Source: Acidimicrobiia bacterium
Lineage (GTDB): Bacteria; Actinomycetota; Acidimicrobiia; Spongiisociales; SHLN01
Assembly: GCA_013002865.1 (NCBI GenBank)
Contig: JABDLU010000081.1
Location: 1 to 56,159, forward strand
DNA: 56,159 nt
Direction of reading: 5' to 3'
How positions within the stretch are numbered: the first letter of the stretch is position 1; each line of letters opens with the position of its first letter. The notes below the pieces were generated by a model, which was given only the letters and a program-made list of their open reading frames with translations, ran no database searches and was not told where the DNA came from. The translations under genes were made by a program, and so were the position numbers. Positions 1 to 8,937 of the stretch are shown piece by piece.

Positions 1-226
1 CAATGGCAGCCCCGGCCGAGACCACGTACCCGGCCACCAGCAGGAGAACAATCCCGACCGGGGACCCGGTGACGTTCCCTTCCACTATGCGGTCGATGAT
101 CAGCTTGATGCTGAGGGCCAGCACCACCGTGAAGACGGTGCGGAGCGCCAGCGTGGCCGCAAGCGCTGCTCCCAGCCAGCGATGCCCGTCCCACAGCGCA
201 GCGATGCGCCGGAAGATGGTGATCAC
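1..226 (-). CDS. 5' part of a probable ABC transporter fused permease/ATPase (truncated by window edge)
   Basis: Open frame from GTG at 226: MITIFRRIAALWDGHRWLGAALAATLALRTVFTVVLALSIKLIIDRIVEG...; hydrophobic helices and a 'KLIID' pattern typical of ABC type-1 transmembrane N-termini; not in ORF track because it runs off the edge. Confidence 0.55.
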   Translation of the reverse strand, partial: MITIFRRIAALWDGHRWLGAALAATLALRTVFTVVLALSIKLIIDRIVEGNVTGSPVGIVLLLVAGYVVSAGAAI

Positions 227-249
227 CGGCTAGCCCGGCGTTGTTCCGC

Positions 250-1011
250 TTAGCCCAATCCGCACGCCTCGAGGGCGGTGGTCAGCAACTCGAAATCGGC
301 TTCCGTCGGCACGTATCCCGGGCCGATATCGGCCGTGAGCAGGGGCTCCAACTCGGTTGTGAGGCACTCGACGGTCGCTTCATCGAGGATGTTGAGAGGT
401 ATCGGAATCCCGAGGGCCGTGGCGAGGTCGGCCAGCGGATCGTCGCCGCTCGAGGTGCCCGGGTCGCTCGCCGGATCGTTGAAGACGACGCCGCACACAT
501 TCTCGGTGAAGTTGTCCAGGTTTAGGGTCGCCGCATCGAGCGCTGGATCGTCGAACGCGGTGTTGAACTCCTCGGAGTCTGCCATTGCCTCCAGGTCCCA
601 ATTCAACTCGTTGCCGAGGTCGATGAATCGGCGGTAGAAGTCCAGCACCACCTGAGCATCGTCTTCAATTTCGCGTGGAGCGATGTCGACCCAGTCTTCG
701 AAGATCTCCAGGTTCTTCTCGAACTGGGCTTGCAGCTGCTCGGGACTTAGGCCGAAGAAGGTGAAGTCGAGCGGGGTCTCATCGGAGTCGGCCGCCTCCC
801 GGACTCGCTCGCAATACGCCGAGTTGCTGTCGCCGGAGGCCGCCTCGGTGGTGGTAGTAGTCGCATCGGCAGCGGTGGTCGTCGTTGCACCGTTGCCTGC
901 GGTGGTGGTCGTGGCGTCCCCCGCCTCACCATCGTCTCCTCCGCATGCCGCCGCCGTGAGCGCAAATGCGAGAACCAACGTGAGCAGGCGAATCCAGCGC
1001 AGCCGGTACAT
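250..1011 (-). CDS. Putative lipoprotein with Thr-rich linker
   Basis: Signal peptide ending LTAAA-C, GGDD, poly-Thr linker, acidic Cys-containing domain; GGAGG SD upstream. Confidence 0.75.
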   Translation of the reverse strand: MYRLRWIRLLTLVLAFALTAAACGGDDGEAGDATTTTAGNGATTTTAADATTTTTEAASGDSNSAYCERVREAADSDETPLDFTFFGLSPEQLQAQFEKNLEIFEDWVDIAPREIEDDAQVVLDFYRRFIDLGNELNWDLEAMADSEEFNTAFDDPALDAATLNLDNFTENVCGVVFNDPASDPGTSSGDDPLADLATALGIPIPLNILDEATVECLTTELEPLLTADIGPGYVPTEADFELLTTALEACGLG

Positions 1012-1099
1012 GTAGTCCCTCCCTTACGACCTGTGTCTACCGGATCACACTAGTTGTGGGCGTCGGAACCCGCGACGCCCCTTGTCACGTCTCACCATC

Positions 1100-1672
1100 A
1101 TGAGGAACGTCGTGGCTCTGGTGGGCGTTGTTGCCCTACTGATGTCGGCCTGTGGGGGAAGTGATCTAACCGGTAATGCTCCGGCTGCAACCGTCGGCTC
1201 CACCGCGCCCGAATCGATCTCAACCGTTCCGCCGGTCGACCCTGCTCCCCGCGATGCCGCCCGGCCTGCCGACCGGGTCAATGAGCCTGCGCTCACACCC
1301 GTGCCGGTGCCCGCGCCCGATCCGGCTGCGAAGCCGATTCGCCCCGGCCTGCCTAACCCTCCGCCGACCCGCCAGCCGGCCCTGTCCGGCGACGGCCCGG
1401 ACCTGGCCGATATCACCGGGGTCATGCGCGACCTCAGCACCCGGTTGTCCATCCCGGTCGAAGAGATCGACGTGCTGGACGCCCGGGCAGTGACCTGGCG
1501 TAACGGGAGTGTCGGGTGCCCTGCCGAGGGCATGGCCTACACCCAGGCTGAGGTCCCCGGCGGGCTCATCGTGTTGGCCGTCGGCAACACCAGCTACCGC
1601 TACCACGCCGCCGCCGGCGCCACCTACTTCCTGTGCGAGACCCCCGAGGCGCCGGCCGAGGGAAGTGCGTAG
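1100..1672 (+). CDS. Putative lipoprotein with Pro-rich linker and WxxGSxGCPxxGxxYTQA motif
   Basis: MRNVVALVGVVALLMSA-C lipobox; C-terminal WRNGSVGCPAEGMAYTQAEVPG motif. Confidence 0.75.
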   Translation: MRNVVALVGVVALLMSACGGSDLTGNAPAATVGSTAPESISTVPPVDPAPRDAARPADRVNEPALTPVPVPAPDPAAKPIRPGLPNPPPTRQPALSGDGPDLADITGVMRDLSTRLSIPVEEIDVLDARAVTWRNGSVGCPAEGMAYTQAEVPGGLIVLAVGNTSYRYHAAAGATYFLCETPEAPAEGSA

Positions 1673-1676
1673 CAAG

Positions 1677-1792
1677 CGTCGCCCGTCGCCCGTCCCCCGT
1701 CGCCAGGAAGAAACTGGCACCCTGACTTGGATTGTGCGACTTAGAGTCGGAATACAGGGGGTATTCGGACCGGCGACCGGCGACCGGCGACC
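1677..1792. repeat. Two heptamer tandem arrays: (CGTCGCC)x4 at 1677-1704 and (GACCGGC)x3.5 at 1768-1792
   Basis: Read directly; the two arrays are near reverse complements; first starts 4 bp after the stop at 1672. Confidence 0.85.
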
Positions 1793-2075
1793 TCGGAAAT
1801 CCGGAGGATTTCCGAAAAGACCAAAGGGCGCCCCGAGGGAGGCGCCCCTTGCTCGTCTACAGGCCCCTCGGCGCCGGCGGTTGGTCCGGCGTCCTCGGCA
1901 CTCCGCCTGTGAACTATCAGCCGACGGTAGTGGCAATTCCGCGCGACCGCCACTCTGAGCGGTGGTGTCTTTTCGCGTTCCGTAGCAGATTTTCGCGTTC
2001 TCATACGGCCGGCTGGAACAGGGGGCGGCCGGCGGACGTTGTTTAGATGAATCAGCCCAGGGGTACCATTCACAC

Positions 2076-2951
2076 ATGAACAACAATCTCAAGACCGTCG
2101 GTTTGCTGGCGGCGCTCGGTGCCGTCATCGTCCTCGTTGGCCAGACGCTCGGTGGCACCAGCGGGGCCGTCATCGCCCTCGTCATTGCCGGCGTTCTGAA
2201 CTTCGGGATGTACTTCTTCTCTGACAAGCTGGCGTTGCGCGCCTCCGGCGCCCGGCCGCTCGAAGAGGGAGAGCTCCCAGAGGTGTGGTCCATCGTGTCG
2301 AAGCTGGCCCTGATGGAGAACATGCCGATGCCGAAGCTGTACTACATCGACTCCCCGCAGCCCAATGCCTTCGCCACCGGGCGCAGCCCAAAGCACGCCG
2401 CAGTGGCCGTCACCGGCGGGATTCTCCAGTTGATGTCGAACGAGGAGCTGGAGGGCGTCCTGGCCCACGAGCTGGCCCACGTGCGCAACCGGGACATCCT
2501 GATCGGGACGATTGCAGCCACCATGGCGGCGGCGCTCTCGATCTTCGCCCGAATGGCGATGTGGGGTGCCCTGGGCGGACGCCGGGACAACAACAACCCG
2601 CTCGGCGGGATCATCGCTCTGGTGAGCGTCATCCTTGCCCCGCTGGCTGCCATGATCATCAAGCTCGCCATCACCCGGGCCCGGGAGTACCAGGCCGACC
2701 GCACGGGGGCGCAGATCACCGGGCAGCCGCTGGCTCTGGCCAGTGCGCTCCGCAAGCTCGAAGCCGGGACCTCCCGTATCCCGATGAACGTCAACCCGGC
2801 CGTTGCCCCGCTCTACATCGCCGATCCGTTGAAGGCCTTCGGCGGCCGGCGCGATGGGGGTGGATCACTCCGCAAGCTGTTCTCCACCCACCCACCTATC
2901 TCCGATCGCGTGGCCCGGCTCGAGGAAATGGCGAGCCCGTTCAGTAGCTGA
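2076..2951 (+). CDS. htpX: Zinc metalloprotease HtpX (M48)
   Basis: PNAFATG, HELAH zinc motif, REYQAD, STHPP; TACCAT -10 box 6 nt before ATG. Confidence 0.95.
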   Translation: MNNNLKTVGLLAALGAVIVLVGQTLGGTSGAVIALVIAGVLNFGMYFFSDKLALRASGARPLEEGELPEVWSIVSKLALMENMPMPKLYYIDSPQPNAFATGRSPKHAAVAVTGGILQLMSNEELEGVLAHELAHVRNRDILIGTIAATMAAALSIFARMAMWGALGGRRDNNNPLGGIIALVSVILAPLAAMIIKLAITRAREYQADRTGAQITGQPLALASALRKLEAGTSRIPMNVNPAVAPLYIADPLKAFGGRRDGGGSLRKLFSTHPPISDRVARLEEMASPFSS

Positions 2952-3111
2952 GAGAACGCTGAGAACGCATGCGTGCCGACGCATGCAGATTGCTGTACTG
3001 TTCCCGTGCCGCTGCCGATAGGCAGGGAAGTGGCGTTCGACTGATAAAGGGGAACTCGGTCGCTCACCGCGTGTCATAGACAACGGAAGCAACACGGAGT
3101 TCTCCAGCGAG

Positions 3112-3804
3112 ATGAACGCTCTGACGACAACGCCGCCTGCAGTTCCTACTGCTGGGGCCCACGAACCCGCCGACCACTTTCACGTCGTCCTTCCCAAGCT
3201 GTGGTCGATGGCCAGGCATGCGCTGCCGAACATCCTCGAAGGCACGGTCTGGCCGTTCGCCATCTTCTACGTCTTTCTCTTCGCCACCAACGTCTGGGGT
3301 GCGCTGCTGGCGGCACTCGCCTACAGCTATATCGGCGTGGCCCGGAGGCTCATCAAGGGCCAGCGAGTCAGCGGATTGCTCGCCCTGACGACCATCACGC
3401 TCACCGTTCGCACCATCCTCGGCCTGGCATCCGGAAGCGTGGTCGTGTATTTCCTGCAGCCCAGCCTCGCTAAGGCCGCCTTGGCCGTCGCTCTGCTGTT
3501 GTCGCTGACCAGGGCCGAGCCGCTGCTCGTCAAGGTCGCTCGGGACTTCGTGCCGCTGTCCGACGAGATGATGGAGCGGCCGTGTGTGCGTCGGTTTTTC
3601 GTCCACGCCACCGTGCTGTGGGTCGTGCTGCTGGTCGTTCACTCCGGCCTCGCCACCTACGTTCTGCTCAACGAAAGCGTCGGCTACTACGTGGCGTTCA
3701 AGTCGGTGCTCAACCTGGTCGTCAAAGGCGGCGGAATCGGACTCTCGTTCGCCTGGTTTGTCTACATCGCCCGCCGCAACGGCATGAAGGTGTCGTTCGC
3801 GTAG
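3112..3804 (+). CDS. Multi-pass membrane protein (VC0807/DUF3159-like)
   Basis: About 6 hydrophobic helices; 'GSVVVYFLQP' and 'S...PL...A.DF.PL' pattern. Confidence 0.6.
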   Translation: MNALTTTPPAVPTAGAHEPADHFHVVLPKLWSMARHALPNILEGTVWPFAIFYVFLFATNVWGALLAALAYSYIGVARRLIKGQRVSGLLALTTITLTVRTILGLASGSVVVYFLQPSLAKAALAVALLLSLTRAEPLLVKVARDFVPLSDEMMERPCVRRFFVHATVLWVVLLVVHSGLATYVLLNESVGYYVAFKSVLNLVVKGGGIGLSFAWFVYIARRNGMKVSFA

Positions 3805-3808
3805 GAAG

Positions 3809-3878
3809 GTCGACCGTCGACTGTCGACTGTCAACGGCCAGAAGCTGCTTGCTGCTTGCTGATAGCTGATAGCTGACG
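3809..3878. repeat. Heptamer arrays GTCGACY/GTCAACG x4 and GCTGCTT/GCTGATA x5
   Basis: Starts 4 bp after the stop at 3804. Confidence 0.8.
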
Positions 3879-3921
3879 GAGATCACGGATCCGTAACCAG
3901 CAACTAACCTCTTTGGCTCAC

Positions 3922-4003
3922 GGTGGGATGCCCGAGCGGACAAAGGGAGCAGACTGTAAATCTGCCGGCACAGCCTTCGGAGGTTCAAATCCTCCTCCCA
4001 CCA
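3922..4003 (+). tRNA. tRNA-Tyr(GTA), CCA not encoded
   Basis: GGTGGGA/TCCCACC acceptor stem, GCAGA-CT-GTA-AA-TCTGC anticodon arm, long variable arm, GGTTCAAATCC T-arm. Confidence 0.95.
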
Positions 4004-4066
4004 CGGCAACCCGGCTTCGCCGGGTTGCTTGCGAGTTCGGCTCCGCCGAACTCGTAGCGATGTCAG

Positions 4067-4150
4067 TCCCCCGGGCGAGCGCAGCGAGCGGGGGAGGCAA
4101 GGAGGGGGGTGGGCAACCGTGCGGGTTGCTGAGCGCGTTCCTGTGCTCCT
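4067..4150 (+). repeat. ~84-bp dispersed REP/MITE-like repeat, copy 1
   Basis: Matches the reverse complement of 11641-11723 with 6 substitutions and 2 small indels (manual alignment). Confidence 0.85.
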
Positions 4151-4186
4151 TAGTCGCGAGCTCTGACGCGCGCCTACCCTCCAGTC

Positions 4187-4612
4187 ATGATCGAAGGGTT
4201 TGCGGTCGTCGAGCGGGTTCCGGTGTTGTGGGGCGACATGGATGCGTTCGGGCACGTCAACAACACCCGGTTCATCCGCTGGTTCGAGACCGCCCGCATC
4301 GCCCACTTCAGGCGGGTCGGGATCAAGACGGCCGAGGCAGTCGGAATCGCCCCGATCCTCGCTCACGTCAGTTGTGACTTCTTGTCACCCGTCGACTTTC
4401 CCGCCGACATCCTGGTTGGGGCCCGGACCACCAAGCTGGGAACCACCAGCATGATCCACGAATATGTCGTCGCACGAGCCGACAATCCGCAGCAGCCCGT
4501 GGCAAAGGGAACCGGCGTGATCGTCATGTACGACTACGACGCCGCCGAGAAAGCACCCATCCCCGAGGATCTGAAACAACGAATTCGAGATTTGGATGGG
4601 GATTCGCTGTAG
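4187..4612 (+). CDS. Acyl-CoA thioesterase (4HBT/YbgC hot-dog family)
   Basis: WGDMDAFGHVNN motif; TACCCT -10 box 6 nt before ATG. Confidence 0.9.
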   Translation: MIEGFAVVERVPVLWGDMDAFGHVNNTRFIRWFETARIAHFRRVGIKTAEAVGIAPILAHVSCDFLSPVDFPADILVGARTTKLGTTSMIHEYVVARADNPQQPVAKGTGVIVMYDYDAAEKAPIPEDLKQRIRDLDGDSL

Positions 4613-4621
4613 GCGTCGGGG

Positions 4622-4814
4622 AGTTGCAGGTTGCGAGGAACCCGAAGGGGTTCCCGGCATCGGGCATCGGGCATCGGGCATCGGGCATCAGGGAGTTGCA
4701 GGTTGCCAGTTGCAAGTTGCAGGTCAGACTCGGGCATCGGCGTCGGGCTCGGGGGACGGGGGACGGGGGACGGGTGACTGGTGACTGGCGACTGGCGACT
4801 GGCGACCGGCGACC
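4622..4814. repeat. Compound heptamer array: AGTTGCA, CGGGCAT, and CGGGGGA->CTGGCGA series
   Basis: CGGGCAT-type x5 (4654-4688), AGTTGCA-type x4 (4694-4721), nine in-register units at 4750-4812. Confidence 0.9.
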
Positions 4815-4864
4815 TCTCGCCACGCGAGAACGGTGACTATCCTCATCCCCGCTCAATTGCGAGT

Positions 4865-4936
<72 letters not shown>

Positions 4937-4937
4937 C

Positions 4938-5012
4938 GGCGGCGTAGCTCAGACTGGTTAGAGCGCTCGGCTCATAATCGAGAGGTCGGTGGTTCAAGTC
5001 CACCCGCCGCTA
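4938..5012 (+). tRNA. tRNA with CAT anticodon (probably elongator Met), CCA not encoded
   Basis: GGCGGCG/CGCCGCT stem, CTCGG-CT-CAT-AA-TCGAG arm, GGTTCAAGTCC. Confidence 0.9.
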
Positions 5013-5033
5013 CGGACAAGAGAGGTCAAAGTC

Positions 5034-5195
5034 ATGCCATCCCAGAAACGACCGGTCATCACCCTTGCGTGTGAAGTGTGCAAGGAACGCAACTACGTGA
5101 CCAACAAGAACAAGACGAACACGCGCGACCGGCTGGAGCTGAAGAAGTTTTGCAACCGGTGCCGAAACCACACGCCCCACAAAGAGACCCGCTAA
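5034..5195 (+). CDS. rpmG: 50S ribosomal protein L33 (Zn-binding C+ type)
   Basis: [13 protein letters not shown]...[21 protein letters not shown]. Confidence 0.97.
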   Translation: MPSQKRPVITLACEVCKERNYVTNKNKTNTRDRLELKKFCNRCRNHTPHKETR

Positions 5196-5214
5196 TGGGG
5201 CAGGTCCCGGCACG

Positions 5215-6072
5215 ATGAGCGGGGACCTCACCGATCTGGTCGGACGCACCTACGGGCCATTCCACCTGCGCACCTCCGTTGAGAAGGTAGAGGAGTTCGT
5301 CATCGCTACGGGCGACGATCCCGGCCGATGGGAGTTCCATGCTCCGCCCGGATTCGCGGCGGTTGCGCTGTTCAAGTCGGCACCCGCCTTCTTCGAGGAC
5401 GAGGACGCCGCCGACTACGCCCGAACGCTGGTGCACGTCGATCAGACCTTCCGTTGGCATCGCCCTCTGCCCCAGGAGATCGACGCCCGGGTCATCGGTG
5501 AAGTGGAAAGCGTGCGCCACCGCGGCGAGATGTTCTTCGTCACATTCACCACCCGAACCGAGGACGGGGACGGGGGAGTGTTTCAGGAGGCGTCGTCGAC
5601 ATTCCTCATGACCGAAGGATCCTTGCCCAAGGAACGCGTCACGGAAAAGCCGGAACCGGCCTGGGACGAGCGGGCCGAGAACGACCTGCCGACCGCCGTC
5701 GACCTGCCGGCCGTGGGTGAGTCGCTGCCTCCGATGTTGAAGTCGGCCAGCCGGGCCGACCTGGTTCGCTACGCAGGTGCCACCCGGGATTGGAATCCCA
5801 TCCACTGGGACCACAAGGCGGCGGTACAGGCCGGGTTGCCCGGGATCATCGTTCATGGGCTGCTCATGGCCTCCTGGGTCACCCAAGCGGCGGGCCGAAC
5901 CCTCTCCGGCCCTCTGCCGCTGGCGAGCATGCGTCTCCGGTTCCGACAGGCGCTGCGGCCGGCGTTGCAGGCGGAGGTCCTGGCCGAGGTCAAGGCGCCC
6001 GATGCTCTAACCTGCATCATCCGCACCGGGGATATTGACCTGGTGACAGCCGATGCGATGCTCGGAGGCTGA
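5215..6072 (+). CDS. Double hot-dog MaoC-type (R)-hydroxyacyl dehydratase, HadA-HadB-like fusion
   Basis: N-half LVHVDQTFRWHRP (MaoC_dehydrat_N-like); C-half YAGATRDWNPIHWD...AGLPGIIVHG hydratase-2 motif; lies after rpmG as hadAB does in actinomycetes. Confidence 0.8.
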   Translation: MSGDLTDLVGRTYGPFHLRTSVEKVEEFVIATGDDPGRWEFHAPPGFAAVALFKSAPAFFEDEDAADYARTLVHVDQTFRWHRPLPQEIDARVIGEVESVRHRGEMFFVTFTTRTEDGDGGVFQEASSTFLMTEGSLPKERVTEKPEPAWDERAENDLPTAVDLPAVGESLPPMLKSASRADLVRYAGATRDWNPIHWDHKAAVQAGLPGIIVHGLLMASWVTQAAGRTLSGPLPLASMRLRFRQALRPALQAEVLAEVKAPDALTCIIRTGDIDLVTADAMLGG

Positions 6073-6077
6073 CGAAG

Positions 6078-6638
6078 ATGGCCGACCGCAACCCGATCGA
6101 TTCCGCCGAGCTGCTCGATCGCGCCCGGGGCGGTGACGAGGGGGCATTCAACGAGCTGGTGCGGAGCCATCAGCACGAGGTTTTCTCCCTTGCCTTCCGG
6201 TTGCTCGGCAACTACGAACTGGCCGCCGACGCTGCGCAGGAGACATTCATCCGGGCCTGGCGGGCGCTTCCCCGGTTCCGCGGTGACGCCGCCCTATCGA
6301 CCTGGCTGCACCGCATCACCGTCAACACCAGCTGGACCCTCGGCAAGCGGGCTCGCCGCCACTCGGCCGCCACCCTCGACGAAGCAATCCTGCTCGACGA
6401 CGCCTCGGCCCCGACACCCGAGTCCTCGGCGGAGACCGCCGAGCTGGGCGGACGGCTCCGGGCGGCGGTCTCCGAACTGCCCGATCCGCAGCGGGCGGTC
6501 GTCGTTCTCAAGGACATCTACGGCTGGTCCCACGCCGAGGTGGCCAAGGCGCTGGACATCAGCGTCACCGCCGCCAAGGTGCGTCTGCACCGGGCCCGGC
6601 GGCGGCTGAAGGAGAAACTGTGGCGGGAAGTGGACTGA
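6078..6638 (+). CDS. ECF RNA polymerase sigma factor
   Basis: DAAQETFIRAW, STWLHRITVN (region 2); region 4 HTH ending KVRLHRARRRL. Confidence 0.92.
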   Translation: MADRNPIDSAELLDRARGGDEGAFNELVRSHQHEVFSLAFRLLGNYELAADAAQETFIRAWRALPRFRGDAALSTWLHRITVNTSWTLGKRARRHSAATLDEAILLDDASAPTPESSAETAELGGRLRAAVSELPDPQRAVVVLKDIYGWSHAEVAKALDISVTAAKVRLHRARRRLKEKLWREVD

Positions 6639-6946
6639 GCATCGGCTGCGTTGTGCGCTCGCACCTGCTGGCGGCCGACCCGGGCCGTCACGACGCCCAC
6701 ATCGACGAATGCCTTCGCTGCCAGGCGGAGGCCGCCCGCTATCGCACGATGCTGCGCAGCCTGGCGGCTCTGCAGGACACCGTCGTTCCTGCACCGGCCG
6801 GACTGGCGTCGGCCGTCGGGGCCCACATTGGCGGGCTCGACCACGACCCCAGGAAGGCCGCCGGGCGAGAGGTGGCCGTCGCGGCGGCCGGCGTAGTAGC
6901 GGTGGCGAGTGCGCTGGCGCTGTGGCGCCGCACGATCAGCGCCTAA
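6620..6946 (+). CDS. Zinc-binding (ZAS) anti-sigma factor with C-terminal TM helix; start uncertain
   Basis: HIDECLRC = HxxxCxxC motif; overlaps the sigma stop; hydrophobic C-terminus. Confidence 0.75.
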   Translation: MAGSGLSIGCVVRSHLLAADPGRHDAHIDECLRCQAEAARYRTMLRSLAALQDTVVPAPAGLASAVGAHIGGLDHDPRKAAGREVAVAAAGVVAVASALALWRRTISA

Positions 6947-7036
6947 GCTGACCGACCGGCAATACGTTGGCGTCGCGTGTGCTTATACTCGGGCCGTCTC
7001 GCAGGGCACTCGCCCTAGGATTCGGCTTCACAACAG

Positions 7037-7110
7037 AGGGGTGTAGCTCGAATTGGCAGAGCGCCGGTCTCCAAAACCGGAGGTTGTGGGTTCGAGTCCC
7101 ACCGCCCCTG
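7037..7110 (+). tRNA. tRNA-Trp(CCA), 3' CCA not encoded
   Basis: AGGGGTG/CGCCCCT stem, CCGGT-CT-CCA-AA-ACCGG arm; usual position before secE. Confidence 0.95.
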
Positions 7111-7170
7111 CCGGCCTGCGTGGCGTGAAGAGTGGGTTCCCGTACCGGAGCCCCAGGTATAGAGGAACTG

Positions 7171-7479
7171 ATGAACCGAGAACTCCGTCGACAGCAAGCC
7201 CGCCAGGAGCGGCTCGACAAGAAGCAAGGCAAACCCGGCCGGCAGGCTGCGGCGCAGCGCGCCGCCGGCAAGGCCGTCGGCGAGGGCAAGGAGCGCCGCG
7301 GCCTCCGCACCTATCTGCATGAAGTGCGTCAGGAGCTCTCCAAGGTGGCATGGCCGGATCGTCAGACCCTCACGACCTACACCGCAGTCTCTCTCATCGC
7401 CACCATCGCGCTGACCGCTTATACCGCCGGGCTGGACTTCATCTTCAAGCAAGCCTTCGTCGACCTGATTCTGCAATGA
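7171..7479 (+). CDS. secE: Preprotein translocase SecE
   Basis: EVRQELSKVAWP motif plus one TM helix; between tRNA-Trp and nusG. Confidence 0.92.
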   Translation: MNRELRRQQARQERLDKKQGKPGRQAAAQRAAGKAVGEGKERRGLRTYLHEVRQELSKVAWPDRQTLTTYTAVSLIATIALTAYTAGLDFIFKQAFVDLILQ

Positions 7480-8444
7480 CGAGTATGGAAGATCAGGCTG
7501 TGGGCGCCACCGAGGCGCCGGCTGAGGACGCCGCCGAGAACACGGAGTCCGTCGAGGCTGTTCCCGCCGGGGTCGATCCCGATGCGGCCGACGCTCCCGT
7601 CGCCGAGGACGGTGATCCCGGGGGTCTCCTGGCAGCCGCCTTTGCATCGGTTGGGCTGACCTCGAGCGACAAGCTCGATGAGGTCCTGTCCAAAGAGGAG
7701 CAGGAGGCGGCCGATGCCGCCGCCGCCGAGGCCGCCGAGGCCGCCGACGAAGCGGAAGCCGACCAAGCCGACGAAGCTCCGGCAGAAGCCGCGGAAGACG
7801 CTCCCGAGGAGCCGGCCGCCGAGTCCGACGCTGAGGAAGCCGACGAAGAGGAAGAAGAGGAGCCGGAGGAACCAGTCGACACCGGTCCAGCCAGCCCGTA
7901 CGACCTCCCGGGCGACTGGTTCGTCATTCACTCGTACTCCGGCTACGAAAACAAAGTCAAAGCCAACCTCGAGACCCGCATCCACTCCATGCACATGGAG
8001 GGAGAGATCTTCGACGTGCACATCCCGATGGAGGATGTGGTCGAGATCAAAGGCGGCCGCAAGGTCACCGTTCCCAAGAAGGTCTTTCCCGGCTACATCC
8101 TCGTGCGCATGTACCTGTCGGACGACTCCTGGTTCGCGGTGCGCAACACACCGGGCGTGACCGGCTTCGTCGGATCGGGCACCAAGCCGGTCCCGCTGTC
8201 GCGACGGGAAGTCGAGCGGATTCTGGGGGTCAAGAAGGAGGAGGCCGTCGGCAAGGCGGCTCCACGCTTCCAGCCCGCCTGGGGCGTCGGGGAAACCGTG
8301 CGGGTCACCGACGGGCCCTTCGCCGACTTCAACGGTGTCATCGAGGAGATCAACCTCGATCAGTCGAAGGTGCGCGTGCTGGTTAACATCTTCGGCCGCG
8401 AGACCCCCGTCGAGCTCAACTTCGAACAAATCGTCAAGCTCTAG
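7476..8444 (+). CDS. nusG: Transcription factor NusG with ~140-aa acidic N-terminal extension
   Basis: WFVIHSYSGYENKVK, FPGYILV, VRNTPGVTGFVG, KOW domain; ATGA overlap with secE. Confidence 0.95.
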   Translation: MTSMEDQAVGATEAPAEDAAENTESVEAVPAGVDPDAADAPVAEDGDPGGLLAAAFASVGLTSSDKLDEVLSKEEQEAADAAAAEAAEAADEAEADQADEAPAEAAEDAPEEPAAESDAEEADEEEEEEPEEPVDTGPASPYDLPGDWFVIHSYSGYENKVKANLETRIHSMHMEGEIFDVHIPMEDVVEIKGGRKVTVPKKVFPGYILVRMYLSDDSWFAVRNTPGVTGFVGSGTKPVPLSRREVERILGVKKEEAVGKAAPRFQPAWGVGETVRVTDGPFADFNGVIEEINLDQSKVRVLVNIFGRETPVELNFEQIVKL

Positions 8445-8456
8445 CAGAGGCATCCC

Positions 8457-8885
8457 ATGGGACGGAAGAAACTGATGGCAGTGATCAAGCTGCAGGTGCC
8501 GGCCGGCCAGGCCAGCCCGGCACCGCCGGTCGGTCCTGCGCTCGGTCAGCACGGCGTCAACATCATGGACTTCGTGCAGGCGTATAACGCCCAGACCGCC
8601 GACCAGACCGGGACGATCGTCCCGGTGGAGATCAGCGTCTATGAGGATCGCAGCTTCACGTTCATTACCAAGACCCCACCGGCCGCGGTGCTGTTGCGCC
8701 AGGCCGCCCGGGTCCCCAAGGGATCACCTGAGCCCCACCGGGAGAAGGTGGCCTCGGTGACCCGAGCCCAGGTCAAGGAGATCGCCGAAATCAAGATGCC
8801 CGACCTCAATGCCAACGACATCGAGGCGGCCATGAAGATCGTTGAGGGAACCGCCCGCTCGATGGGCTTTACCGTCAGCGGCTAG
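8457..8885 (+). CDS. rplK: 50S ribosomal protein L11
   Basis: [31 protein letters not shown]. Confidence 0.98.
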   Translation: MGRKKLMAVIKLQVPAGQASPAPPVGPALGQHGVNIMDFVQAYNAQTADQTGTIVPVEISVYEDRSFTFITKTPPAAVLLRQAARVPKGSPEPHREKVASVTRAQVKEIAEIKMPDLNANDIEAAMKIVEGTARSMGFTVSG

Positions 8886-8894
8886 CCAGACAAC

Positions 8895-8923
8895 GTGGGA
8901 GGCCGTTGGGCCGCTTGCACCAC
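8895..8923 (+). promoter_or_regulatory. Probable L1-binding autoregulatory RNA site upstream of rplA
   Basis: GTGG-GAG-GCC...GGC...A-CCAC resembles the 23S rRNA L1-binding mimic; directly before the AAGGAG SD. Confidence 0.65.
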
Positions 8924-8937
8924 AAGGAGACACGTCA

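Noticed and set aside
1220-2323. Long antisense or alternate-frame ORFs overlapping real genes (also 12682-14526, 27932-29206, 39920-41170)
   Set aside because: Shadow ORFs expected in high-GC coding DNA, with no recognisable motifs.
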